Of a DNA stretch of 64,000 nucleotides, positions 36,046 through 57,304 are shown one piece after another. The stretch lies in NCBI RefSeq assembly GCF_009914755.1, contig NC_060947.1; one strand, given 5' to 3'. The translations under genes were made by a program, and so were the position numbers. Positions within the stretch are counted from its first letter, which is position 1. Each line of letters starts with the position of its first letter. Under the pieces are notes generated by a model, which saw nothing but the letters and a program-made list of their open reading frames with translations, was not told where the DNA came from and did no database searches. This stretch comes from the human T2T-CHM13v2.0 reference genome, Homo sapiens.

Positions 36046-36276
36046 TCAAAAAAAAAAGTCAGCCAAGGCTCCTAGATAGTAACTAGATAGTAAGGAAGTG
36101 GAACAATTTATGCAGTGCCCCATTAGGGAAGTCTTCCTGGAGGAGGAGATGCCTGAGCTATTTGTTAAAGGTAGAAGGGTTAGCCAAATGAAGAACAATG
36201 GGAAGAGCACATGCAAAGACACAGGAGAAACACAGTGTGTACTGGGAAAGTCCAAGTAGTTTCCTTTCTTGGGAAC

Positions 36277-38661
<2,385 letters not shown>

Positions 38662-39803
38662 TGATCCACCAGCCTCGGCCTCCCAAAGTGCTGGGATTAC
38701 AGACGTGAGCCACTGTGCCCAGTGATTGTATCAAATTTTAAAACCACATATTAAACATTCTTCAGGGAACATCCTTGTTCATATATCTTTGTGCGCTTGT
38801 AAGTGCTTTTAGAAGGTAAATTTACAACAGCGAACACTTTTTTGAACACTAATTATATGCCACACCTGGTTGTAAGTGCTTTACATACATAACCTTATTT
38901 AATCCTCCCTACTTTATGTTTTATTGAGTCTCAAGCACACAGAATTGAATTACTTATAATTTTTGGTTGATGAAACACTCAACATTAGGCTATAAATGAA
39001 CAACTTACGTATGTATGTATTTTTAGTAATGTAATTGGCACTCATGACCCTACCACACCAAATGGAAAGCTATGATCTTGACAATAACCTACATGACATT
39101 CCCCCACCAGTCTATCTTCCTGTTTGCCTCTACTCAAGGGAAGCATCATCCTAAATTCTTTATTATTCTCTTGCTTTCTTTTCATATAATATTATCAAAT
39201 GTTTTGTGTACACATATTTGTATACTTTCCAAAGTACAACATTTTACAATTTTTGTTGCGTTAACTTTATTAAAAGGCACCATTCCATATACAATCTTTG
39301 AATTTTTTAAAAATTAATGTATTATTAATATTATTTTTGACTGGCAAGTCATAATTGTATACATTTATAGGATACAATGTTATATTTTGATATAGTTTAC
39401 AATGTGGCATGATTAAATCAAGCCAGTTAATATACACATCATCTCCATCACTTCGCTTATTTATCTTTTTTATTTTTTATTTTATTTTATTATTATTATT
39501 TTTGAGATAGAGTCTCGCTCTGTCACCCAGGCTGGAGTGCAGTGTGTGATCTCGGCTCATTGCAACCTCGGCCTCCCGGGTTTAAGCGATTCTTCTGCCT
39601 CAGCCTCCCTAGGAGCTGGGACTATAGGTGTGTACCACTATGCTCAGCTAATTTTTGTATTTTTAGTAGAGACGGGGTTTCACCATATTGGCCAGGCTGG
39701 TCTTGAACTCCTGACCTTGTGATCCACCCCCCCCGCCTCAGACTCCCAAAGTGCTGGGATTACAGGCGTGAGCCACTGCGCCCGGCCTATCTTTTATTTT
39801 TTA

Positions 39804-40127
<324 letters not shown>

Positions 40128-41908
40128 TCACTGCAGCCTCAAACTCCTGGTTTCAAGCCATCCTCCCACCTTGGACTCCCAAAGTACTGGGATTACAGGC
40201 GTGAGCTACTACACCTAGCCACCTATTATTTTTTATGATGAGACATTTGAAATTTACTATCTTAGTTATTTTTAAGTGTAAAATGCTCTATTATTGACTA
40301 TAGTCACCCTGTGATGCAATAGATCTCAAAATCCATTTCCCCTGTCTGTCTGAAACTTTGTACCCTTTGATTACCTCCATTCCCTCCCTCCCTTCCCATT
40401 CCTCCCACCACTGGCAACAACCCTTCTACTCTCTGCCTCTATGAGATCAACTTTATTAGACTTCACATATAATTGATATCATGTGGTATTTGTCTTTTTT
40501 GTAACTCCCTTATTTCATTTAGCATAATGTCCTCCAGATTCATCCATGTTGTTGCAAATGACAGGATTTCCCCTGTTTTTTAAGACTGAATAATAATATT
40601 CCAACGTGTGTGTGTGTGTCTGTATATATATATGCAACCTTTTAAAGTTTATTTTTTCACATAAAATTACATCACAAAGATTTATTCATGTTGTAGGAAT
40701 TGATTTAGTTCATTCATTTTGACTGCTGTATAATATTCCATTGTGCATATATACCATAGATTATTTATTTTCTGATGAGCATTTGAGTTGCCTAAAGCTG
40801 AAGGGTGCTGAAGTTGGGGAGAAAATGGAAAGTGACAACTAATGGGTACAGGTTTTTCTTGGGGAGGTGACTAAAATGTTCTAAAATCAGATAGTGGTGA
40901 TAGTTGCACAACTCTGTATACCAAAAACCATCAAATTATGCACTTAAAATGGGTGAATTTTATAGTATGTGTATTATATCTCAATAAAACTGTTATAAAC
41001 TCTTTGGCAATGAATTTTAAAATATAGAAGCTGAAGTATGATTTCTTAGTAAAATATAAAATACTTATATGGACCCAAGAAAAACTAGAAAACTTGAGGA
41101 CAGAAATAATTATTAGCAGATTAGAAAGGAAATTAAAGGTCTACCATTAAAAAAACCAGGGTGGCCAATAAGCACATGAAAATCTGCTCATTAGCTGATA
41201 GGAAAATGTATTTTAAAACTCCAATAGGTATCACTAGAGACTCACCAGAATGGCTAAAATAAAAAAGACAGACAACACCAAATGTTGGTGAGGATGTAGA
41301 GCAAGTGGGGCACTCTCTCTCATACAATGCTGGTGAGGGTATAAAATTGTAGATTCATTTTGAAAAACTGCTTGGTAGTGTTTATTAAAACTCAACATTT
41401 ACATTTCCTATAATGTAGCAATTGCATTCCTAGGTGTTTATGTCCAAGAGAAATTGGGTACACACTCACAAGACATGAACAAGACTGTCATAATGGGCAC
41501 ATTTATAATAGCCCAAAACTACAAACAATACAAATGCTAATCAATGATATAAAGTGTAAATAAATTGTGGTATATTCATACAGTGGAAAACAGTGCAACA
41601 GTGAAAGATTATGTGATACAGGTATATGCAATAACATGGGTGAATCTTGCAGACACAATGTTGAATTAAAAAAGCTAGACACAAAGAGTACATGGCTGGG
41701 CGTGGTGGCTCAGACCTGTAATCCCAGCACTTTGGGAGGCTGAGGAGGATGGACTGCTTGAGGCCAGGAGTTTGAGACCAGCTTGAGGATGTGGTGAAAC
41801 CCCATCTCTAAAAAAGTACAAAATATTAGCCAGGTGTGGTGGAATGGGCCTGTAGTCTAAGCTACTCAGGAGGCTGAGGTGGGAGGATCAACTGAGCCTG
41901 GGAGGTCA

Positions 41909-42372
<464 letters not shown>

Positions 42373-42536
42373 CTATTCCTGGGAGTGGTGTCCTGACTGG
42401 GAAAAGGAATGAGGAAATCTTTTGGAGTGCTTGAACCATTTTTTGTCTTTATCTGAACAGAGGCTACATGGGCGTATGCATATATAAAATGCACCTAGGT
42501 GTACAGTTAAGATTAGTAAACTTTATGCACCTTGCT

Positions 42537-42892
42537 TGATATGGTTTGGCTCTGTGTCCCCACCCAAATCTCATCTCAAATTGTAATCCCCACCTATCAA
42601 GGGAGGGACCTGGTGGGAGATGATTGGATCATGGAGGCGGTTCCTCCCGTGCTGTTCTCATGATAGTGAGTCAGTTCTAGCGTGATCTGATGGTTTAAAA
42701 GTGTGGCACTTCCCCCGCCCTCCTGCTGTCTCCTGCCACCGTGTAATAGGTGCCTTGCTTCCCCTTCTGCCATGATTGTAAGTTTTCTGAGGTCTCCTCA
42801 GCCATGCAGAACTGTGAGTCAATTAAACCTCCTTTCTTTATAAATTACCCAATCTCAGATATTTTATAGCACTGTGAGAATGGACTAATACA
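42537..42892 (+). mobile_element. Solo MST-type MaLR LTR
   Basis: TGATATGGTTTGGCTCTGTGTCCCCACCCAAATCTC ... GGACTAATACA; TSD TTGCT on both sides. Confidence 0.9.
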
Positions 42893-44382
42893 TTGCTATA
42901 TGTACATTATCCCTTAATAAAATGTTATGCATTTTATCGAAAAGGATGTACATGTTCTATACTTTAATTTCTGATAATGGTAGACTAGATAATTTGGACC
43001 AACCCTCCTGTTTTAAAAAAACTGGGGGAAAATCACCTTAAAAACATCAGTGAGCTAACTAGATAGCTATAAAAGTATAACAAACCAAGATCTGAGAGAA
43101 AAAGGGAATCCTGAAAGGTGAGCCTGGCAGTGGAAGTGCCTTTGCCCTGAGTGGTTTGGGGTTTGCTGACCCGAGAAGAAGCAGCTGAGGGGCTGATCTT
43201 CACTTGTGGCTGCCTCCAGGGGTTAGGACAAAGAGTCACAGTCCAGAGTCCACCAAGCGCATGCATGGATACTTGACATGTGACAAATGTGTCACTGTGC
43301 TCAGACAAATCTTTAACAGTGCTAGGACAATTAAAGAGTCATATAAAAAAATAAAATTAAAGCCCTGCCTGGCATCACACACAAAAACAAATTGCAGGTG
43401 GGTTATATATTAAGGCAAGACTAAAGGTAAAACAAGAACACATTTAGAAGGTAATATTGGGATAATATCTTCCTAAAATAAGGTAGGGAAAGACTTTGTA
43501 ATCAAGACACACAAACAAGTACTAACCATGGAAGACTGGTAAATTACACTACATCAACATTAAGAACTTCTGTTCATGAAAAGACATCATTAAGAGAGTG
43601 ATAGGCAACCTTGAGTGGGAGAAATTTTAACGTATAACTGCAAAGAGCTTGCATCCAGAATATATAAAGAATGCCTAAGAATTAATAAGAGAAAGACAAC
43701 CCTGTAGAAAAATGGGCAAAAGGTTTGAACAATTACTTCACAAAAGAGGATACCTAATGGCCAATAAGCATATGAAAATGTGTCCAATCTCATTAGTAAT
43801 GACAAATATGAAACTTAATCACAACGAGATACCATCAGCTACCCATCAGAAGGACCAAAATTAACAAGTTTGACATTTCTAAGCATTGATGAAGACAAGG
43901 AGCAAAGAGAGCTTGCAGGCTGCTCTTTGTAAATTCGTGGGAATTTACATTGGTATGACTACTTTGAAACACAGCCTAGCATTACTTAGCAAGTTAAGTG
44001 TGCACCTTACAGAGGGGTAGGCATGTGACGTCCAGGAGACATCTTCACAGCAGCACTGTTTGTTACAGGCCCAAACTGGAAAGAATCCAGATGTCTATCG
44101 AAAAGAGAATAAATAAGTCATTTGTAGTGTGTTCATACAGTGGAAATGAATAACTTCAGCTACCCACACCAACATGGATGAATCTCACAAGCATCATGTT
44201 AAGTGAAAGAAGCTGATGATTCTGTTCATACAAAATTCATAAACAGGCAAAATTAAACTCTGTTGTTTAGAGATGTACACAGAGATGGCTCAACTATAAA
44301 GAAAGGCAAGTAATGGTTACTCTAAAAGTCACAGTAGTGTTCACTCCTGGTAGGGGATGAGGGAGATTATTACCATGGGAGG

Positions 44383-44771
44383 TGTTATGAGCTGTGTCAT
44401 ATCCCCCCCAAATTTATATGTTGAAGTCCTAATCCCCAGTACCTCAGAATATGAATGTATTTGGAGAGAGAGCCTTTAAAGAATTGATTAAATTAAAATG
44501 AGGTCATTAGGGTAGACCCTATTCCAATATGACTGGTGTCCTTATGAAAGAAAAGGAGATTAGGACACACACACTAAGAGAGAAGACCAAGAGAAGACAC
44601 ATGGAGAAGACACCATCTACAAACCAAGGAGAAAGGCCCCAGGAGGAACCAACCCTGCCCACGCCTTAATCTTGGACTTCAAGTCTCCAGAATTGGGAGA
44701 TGATGCATTTTTGTTGTTGAAGCCCCCCAGCCTGTAATACTTTGTTATGGAAGTACGAGAAAACTAATACC
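44383..44771 (+). mobile_element. MLT1A/B-type solo LTR
   Basis: CCCCCAAATTTATATGTTGAAGTCCTAATCCCCAGTACCTCAGAAT ... AAACTAATAC. Confidence 0.85.
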
Positions 44772-45019
44772 ATTTGGAAAAGCTTCTGGATGCTTCCAAT
44801 TTTGTATTTCTTGAATAGGGTGGCATTTGCTTTAGCATAAATTGTTAAATTGTACATTTCAGCTTTATTCACTTTTCTGTACAAGTGTTATATTTCACAA
44901 TAAAAAAGCAAACTAAAAAAGTATGGTTTGGTCTGGGCAGGGAAAAAAGATTTTACTTTCATTGAGTCCTTCACCAATCCTGTAAGAATGACTTGGCAAG
45001 GACTCTTTTGTCTTAGTAA

Positions 45020-48000
45020 ACAGCTTTATTGAGATATAATTTGCATATCATTCGATTCAACCATTTAAACTTTACAACTGAATAGTTTTTGGTGTATGAA
45101 GAGTTGTGCAATCATCACTGTAGTCAATTTTGGAACATTTTCATCATCTCAAAAAGAAACCCTGGCCAGGCGCGGTGGCTCACGCCTGTAATCTCAGCAC
45201 TTTGGGAGGCTGAGGCAGGTGGATCACTCAAGGTCAGGAGTTCAAGACTAGACTGGCTGACATGGTGAAACCCTGTCTCTACTAAAAATACCAAAAAAAT
45301 TAGCTGGGCATGATGGTGCAGGCCTGTAATCCCAGCTACTCAGGAGGCTGAGGCAGGAGAATCACTTGAACTCGGGAGGCGGATGTTGCACTGAGCTGAG
45401 ATTGTGCCACTGCACTCCAGCTTGGGTGACAGAGAGAGACTCCATCTCAAAAAAAAAAAAAAAGAAAAAGAAACCCTGTATCTTTTAGCTGTCATTTAGC
45501 TGTCATTCACCTAAACCCCCATTTACCCCAGCTCCTGGCAACCAAAAATTGACTTATTTCTCTATCGATCTGCCTATTCTGGACATTTCATATAAATGGT
45601 ATCATACAGTGTGTGGTCTTTTCTGTCTGGCTTCTTTCACATAGCATCATGTTTTCAAGGTTCATCCATGTTATAGCATGTATCTGTACTTCATTCCTTT
45701 TTATGATTGTGGATTTACCATATCATGTTTCTGTTCATCAGTTGGTGGACATTTGGGCTATTTCCACTTTGGGGCTTGTCCATTTTCATGCTGCTATGAA
45801 GAAATACTCAAGACTCGGTAATTTATAAATAAAAGAGGTTTAATTGACTCATAGTTCTGCATGGCTGGGGAGGCCTCAGGAAACTTACAATCATGGTGGA
45901 AGGCACCTCTTCACAGGGCCGCAGGAGAGAGAATGAGTACAAGCAGGGGAAATGCCAGATGCTTATAAAAACTATCATATTTTGTGAGGCTCACTCACTA
46001 TTACAAAAACATCATGGGGAAAACTGCCCCTATCATTCAATTACCTCCACCTGGTTCCACCCTTGACACACAAGGATTATTACAATTCAAAGCAAGATTT
46101 GAGTGGGGACACAGAGCCAAACCATATCATTCTGAGCCTGGCCCCTCCCAAATCTTATGTTCTCACATTTCAAAACACAATCATGCCCTTCCAACAGTCC
46201 CACAAAGTCTTAACTCGTTCCAGCATTAACCCAAAAGTCCAAGTCCAAAGTCTCATCTGAGACAAGGCAAGTCCCTTCCACGTGGGAGCCTGTAAAATCA
46301 AAAGCAAGTTAGTTACTTCCTAGATACAATGGGGTACACATGTTAGGTAGATACACTCACTCCAAGTGGGAGAAATTGGCCAAAACAGAGGGGCTACTGG
46401 CTCCATGCAAGTCTGAAATCCAATAGGGCAGTCAAGTTCCAAAATGGTCTCCTTTGACTCTATGTCTCATATCCAGGTCATGCTGAGGCAAGAGGAGGGC
46501 TCTCACCCCCTTGGGCAGCTCCACCCCTGTGGCTTTGCAGGGTACAGTGCCCCTCTCCCAGCTGCATTCACGTCTGACATTGAGTGTCTGTGGCTTTTCT
46601 AGGCACACAGTGCAAGTTGTTGGTGGATCTACCATTCTGGGGTCTAAAGGATGGTGGCCCTCTTTTCACAGCTTCACTACGCAGTGCCCCAGTGGGGACT
46701 CTGTGTGGGTGCGCCAACCCCACATTTCCCTTCCACACTGCCCAAGCAGAGGTTCTCCATGAGGGCTCTGCCCCTGCAGCAGACTTCTGCCTGGACATCC
46801 AGGCATTTCCATATGTGCTGTGAAATCTAGGCAGAGGTTCCCAAACCTCAATTCTTTTCTCCTGCACACCTGCAGGACCAACACCACATGGAAACTTCCA
46901 AGGCTTTGGACTTGCACCCTCTGAAGCAACGGCCTGAGCTGTACCTTGACCCCTTTTAGCCAAGGCTGGAGCAGCTGGGGTGCAGGGCACCAAGTCTCAA
47001 GGCTGTAAACAGCAGGGGGCCCCTGGGCCCAGCCCAGGAAATCATTTTTCCATCCTAGGCCTCCAGGCCTGTGATGGTAGGGGCTGCTGCGAAGGTCTCT
47101 GACAAGCCCTGGAGACATTTTCCCCACTGTCTTGGCGATTAGCATGTGGCTCCTTGTTACTTATGCAAATTTCTGCAGCCAGCATGAATTTCTCTCCAGA
47201 AAATGGGTTTTCCTTTTCTACTGTGTTGTCAGGCTGCAACTTTTTCAAACTTTTATGCTCTATCACCTCTTGAATGCTTTGCTTCTTAGAAATTTCTTCT
47301 GCTAAATAACCTAAATCATCTCTCTCAAGTTCAAAGTTTCACAGAACTCTAGGGTAGGGGCAAAAAGCTGCCAGTCTCTTTGCAAAAGCATAGTAAGAGT
47401 GACCTTTACTCCAGTTCTCAATAAATTTCTCATCTCCATCCAAGACACCTCAGCTTGGACTTAATTGTCCTTATCACTATCAGCATTTTGGTCAAAGCCA
47501 TTCAACAAGTCCCTAGGAAGTTCCAAACTTTCCCACATTTTCTTGCCTTCTGAGCCCTCTAAACTGTTCCAATCTCTGCCTGTTATCCAGTTCCAAAGTC
47601 ACTTCCACATTTTTGGGTATTTTTATAGCAGCACTCCACTTCTGGTACCAATTTACTGTATTAGTCCATTCTCATGCTGCTATGAAGAAATACCCGAGGC
47701 TGGGTAATTTATAAAGAAAAGAGGTTTAATTGGCTCACAGTTCTGCATGGCTGGGGGGCCTCAGGAAACTTACAATAGGGCCATATGAGAGACAATGAGT
47801 GCAAGCAGGGGAAATGCCAGATGCTTATAAAACTACCAGATCTCATGAGACTCACTGTCATGAGAACAGCATGGGGGAAACCACTCCCATCATTCACTTA
47901 ACCTCCACCTGGTCCCACCCTTGATACGTGGGGATTATTACAATTCAAAGTGAGATTTGGTTGGGGACACACAGCCAAACCATATCAGGGCTATTATGAA

Positions 48001-48692
48001 TAGTGCTGCTATGAGCATTCGTGTACAAGTTTTTGTGTAGACAAATGTTTTCAATTGTCTTGGATATATACCCAAGGTTACAATTGCTGGGTCATATGGT
48101 AATTCTGTGTTTAACTTATTGAAGAACCACCAAACTGTTTTCCACAAAGGCTGTGTAATTTTATATTCCCATCAGCAATGCAATGATGGTTACAATTTCT
48201 CCACATTCTTGCCAACACTTGTTATTTTTTAAATCCTACTGGGTGTTAGGTGATATCTCACTGTGGCTTTAATTTGCATGTTCCTAATGACTAATGATGT
48301 TGAGGTTTTTTTTTTTTTTTTTTTTTGAGACAGGGTCTCACTCTGTTGCCCAGACTGGAGTGCACTGCAGCCTCAACATCCTGGGCTCAAGTGATCATCC
48401 TGCCGCAGCCTCTTGAGTAGCTGGGACTACAGGTACATGTCACCATTTAGGAAGCTGAGGCAGGAGAATAACTTTTTACAATTTTTTAAACAAAAAATTT
48501 AAAAAAAGTGATCCTTCTAATTCTGTGTGTGTGTGTGTGTGTGTGTGTAGATAGGGTCTCTATTGCCTAGGCTGGTCTCAAACTCCTGGGCTCAAGTGAT
48601 CCTCCTGCCTTAGCCTCCCAAAGTGCTGGGATCATAGGCTTAAGCCACTATACCTGGCCCCCTGAGCATCTTTTTATGCACTTGTTGGCTAG
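45020..48692 (-). mobile_element. L1MB-like fragment hosting the THE1 element and two Alus
   Basis: ACAGCTTTATTGAGATATAATT, TTCTGGACATTTCATATAAATGG; sequence is continuous across the THE1 TSD. Confidence 0.8.
45777..47987 (-). mobile_element. Complete THE1 (MaLR) element, THE1C/D-like: LTR 45777-46129, internal 46130-47656, LTR 47657-47987
   Basis: Two homologous LTRs ending AGCCAAACCATATCA on +, ~1.5 kb internal region, 5-bp TSD GGGCT at 45772 and 47988. Confidence 0.93.
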
Positions 48693-50051
48693 GACTGTTG
48701 ACTCCATTTTACTGGTAAGGAAATCAAGGCTCAGAGAAGATAAGTGACTTGTTCCACATTACACAGTCCAACACTCCTTTTTCCTTCTAATACACCTCGG
48801 CTACCTCCCTGGAAGGCAGGAGCCTCTCAGCAGATAAGCATGAAACTCAGCCCTAGTTCTTGATTCCAGCCACCAGGCCCCTTGGGAACCCGCTTTGTCC
48901 CTACCCTGGGCCTATTGGTTTGTCTGGGTCAGTTTCTTTGCTGCTACCAAACCCCTGAAATCTTACTGGGTCCTCTGGCATCGCCTCACAGTGTTTGTCC
49001 TCTGTTTGTTCCATCTGAGGCCTTCTTGATACCCATGACTTTTCTACAGAGGCGATCTTGGCTTTACCCAAATCTGATACTCAGATACCCAGGTTAGCAA
49101 ACAGATAGAGAATCCCAGAATGTCAGGACTGACAGGGTCCTGTGAGAGTATCCAGTCCAAACCTTTAACATTCAGAGGTGAAAACTGAGGTTCAGAGAAG
49201 GCCAGGAACTTCCTGAAGTCTCACAGAATGTTAGTGGTGGAGTTGGGGGCAGGGCAGAGCTCATCCTGCTGTCTACACAATGGAGAAAACAGAAGAACAT
49301 TCTTCCCTTTACACTCTTCTCATGCAAGGAAGCATGTGGCAAAGGCTGTCTTCAAGAGGAAGGGCAAATGTTTGCTGGCTGCTGCTCAGGCAAGAAGGAG
49401 GCCAGAGCCACGCTCCCATACACACTGGTGGGGTGTTGATGGGCAAACAGGCTGCAGCCGCTGAAAAAAGCTGGATTTGACACCCCCCCCCCCAGCTACC
49501 GCCCCACTCCCACGTTGTAGGTGTCCTGATTGAGGAGTGCAAGGTCTTCTGCCCTGGTGACAGGTTAACCACAGTCACTTGAGAAAGGTAAAGATAAATG
49601 GATCTCTCCTCCAAACGCTTTGACCTCTGCAAGCCAGCTGCAAAGCATGCTTAGACTCAATGGAGTTGCTAGGGGGAGGGAAGAAATGATAGGTCTTTTC
49701 TTTTTCAGTTTTACAAGCTTTGACCTTCAGCCAGTCCACTTGTTTCCTCAAAGTCAATCTCTCACTATGGCCAGCAGGAGGGGAAAGCCAGTATCTGCTG
49801 GCCCCCTCCCAGTGATGTTGTTCATATTCTACTTAGAGGACTGGGCCTGTTGGGGCTAAAAGCTGCAAGTCCTTGTCCCAAAAGGTCACCCCTGCTTCTA
49901 GAATGTCATTGGTGCAAGAAGGTCTAGGGAAACCACCTGTTTCAGTCCCAGTGGTGTAGTGGTGTTGAGAAAGCACTCTGGGCTAGGAGACGGAAGCCTG
50001 GGTTCTGCCCTCAATTTCTCCGCAAACTCACTCCATCACTATGGGCGTCTT

Positions 50052-50350
<299 letters not shown>

Positions 50351-50462
50351 TAAGCCTCAGTTTCCACATTTATAAAATGGAGTTAAGAATAACAGTCTTC
50401 ATACCTTTTTCATGGGAGCCTTGTGAAGATAATATCAGATCATGCATCTCACTGTACTTTTA

Positions 50463-55437
<4,975 letters not shown>

Positions 55438-55444
55438 TTCTTTC

Positions 55445-56340
55445 TTGTTGTCTTTGTGCGGGTGTTTGTGGAAGAGATTAGAAGTTGAATTGGTGGACTG
55501 GGTAATGCAGATGCGGGTGAACATCATCCAATCTGTTGAGGGCCTGAATAGAACAAAAAGGCAGAAGGAGGAGGAATTTCCTCTCTGCCTGACTGCTTGA
55601 GCTGAGACATTGATTTTTTCCTGCCCTGGGACTGAGACTTACATCATTGGTGTTCCTGGTTCTCAGGCCTTTGGACTTGGATGGGAATTTATACCACTGG
55701 CTTTCTGGGTCTCCAGCAGGCATATGGCAGATGTTAGAACTTCTCTGCCTTCATAATCCTGTGAGTCAATTTTGTATAATAAATGTCATTATATATACAT
55801 ACACATATACATATATAAAATGAGATTTATTATAGAAATATAATCAATACTATATATATACATATATGTATATATTTATGTGTATGTATATGTACAGTCA
55901 TGCACCACAGAATGATGTTTTGGTCAATGATAGATTGCACATGGAATAGTGGTCCCTTAAGATTATAATACTGTTTTTCTAACTATACCTTTTCTATGTT
56001 TAGATATGTTTAGGTACACAAATACTCACCATTATGTTATAGTTGCCTACAGTACTCAGTACAGAAACATGCTGTACAGGTCTGTAGCCTAGGAGCAATG
56101 GGCTATACCATACACCCTAGGCGTGTGGCAAGCTATATCATTTAGGTTTGTGTTAAGTGCACCCTAGGATGTTTTGCAACAACAAAATCACCTAATGATG
56201 CATTTCTCAGCACATATCTCTGTTGCTAAGTGATGCCTGACTGTATGTATGTATGTATATATATATACACACACATATAGATATGTATTTGTATGTATAC
56301 ATATTCTATTCCATTTCTACGGAGAACCCTGTCTAATATT
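55445..56340 (+). mobile_element. MLT2 (ERVL) LTR interrupted by a TA-rich tract and the Tigger element
   Basis: CATCCAATCTGTTGAGGGCCTGAATAGAACAAAAAGGCAGA ... GGAGAACCCTGTCTAAT. Confidence 0.8.
55895..56243 (+). mobile_element. Tigger3a/MER7A-like DNA transposon
   Basis: Termini CAGTCATGC...GCCTGACTG (inverted), TA target duplication, internal sequence typical of the family. Confidence 0.88.
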
Positions 56341-57048
56341 CTTGGAATCACAAATCAGCCTCAACCTTTGCCCTCTCCCCGAGAATCTTCTTTCTTCCAC
56401 TCAAGTATGCAGCTCATGGCAACCAGCTTTTTCTAAATGAAATACCTCCTTTAAAGGAATATAAATCTTTATTGACTGCATGCTATATTTCAGGAATGGG
56501 GCTTGGTGTTTTGATGTATATATGATATGGTATTTTATTGAATTATTCAAACAACCCTGTGAATGTGGTATTATTATCCCCATTTTATTGATGCCTGACG
56601 AGGCCTACCAAGGGAACATGAATGCCCAAAGTAACATACTAGGAAGTGGCAGAGCTAGGGTTTGAATCCTGGTCTGTCTGATGAAACCCCTATGGTATAC
56701 AGCTGCTTTTATTCCATTGATTGACACCTGGCCTCATTTCACAATGGATTTGAGGCTGCTTACAATAAAACACAATTTAATAAAAGAGGAAAAGAGAATC
56801 AGGCCTAAAGAAAATAGAAACAGCAGTGGAAAATCAAGACCAGGTAAAGAACTGTATGAATATGAAGAACATCAGAGCTACAGTTAAGAGTAAGGATTGT
56901 TGTTGGCTCTGAATTTCCAGGCTGCCAAAGCAAAATGGGAAAGCCAATTAGTTTTACAATTTTCATTACCAGAAGCAAGTGATTTAGCAGAAGCTAACAA
57001 TAAATTCTAAAAGCCATCTTTGAAAGCTGTTAATGATACTGTCAATTC

Positions 57049-57233
<185 letters not shown>

Positions 57234-57304
57234 TTAATACTTGGTATCTTCCATGTGCCACTAAACCTAGTTTTGGATCGGAAGTCAATATTGAGGAAAA
57301 AGTA

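Noticed and set aside
46432-47266. ORFs in the THE1 internal region
   Set aside because: Fragmented remnants typical of non-autonomous MaLR internal sequence; no intact gag/pol.
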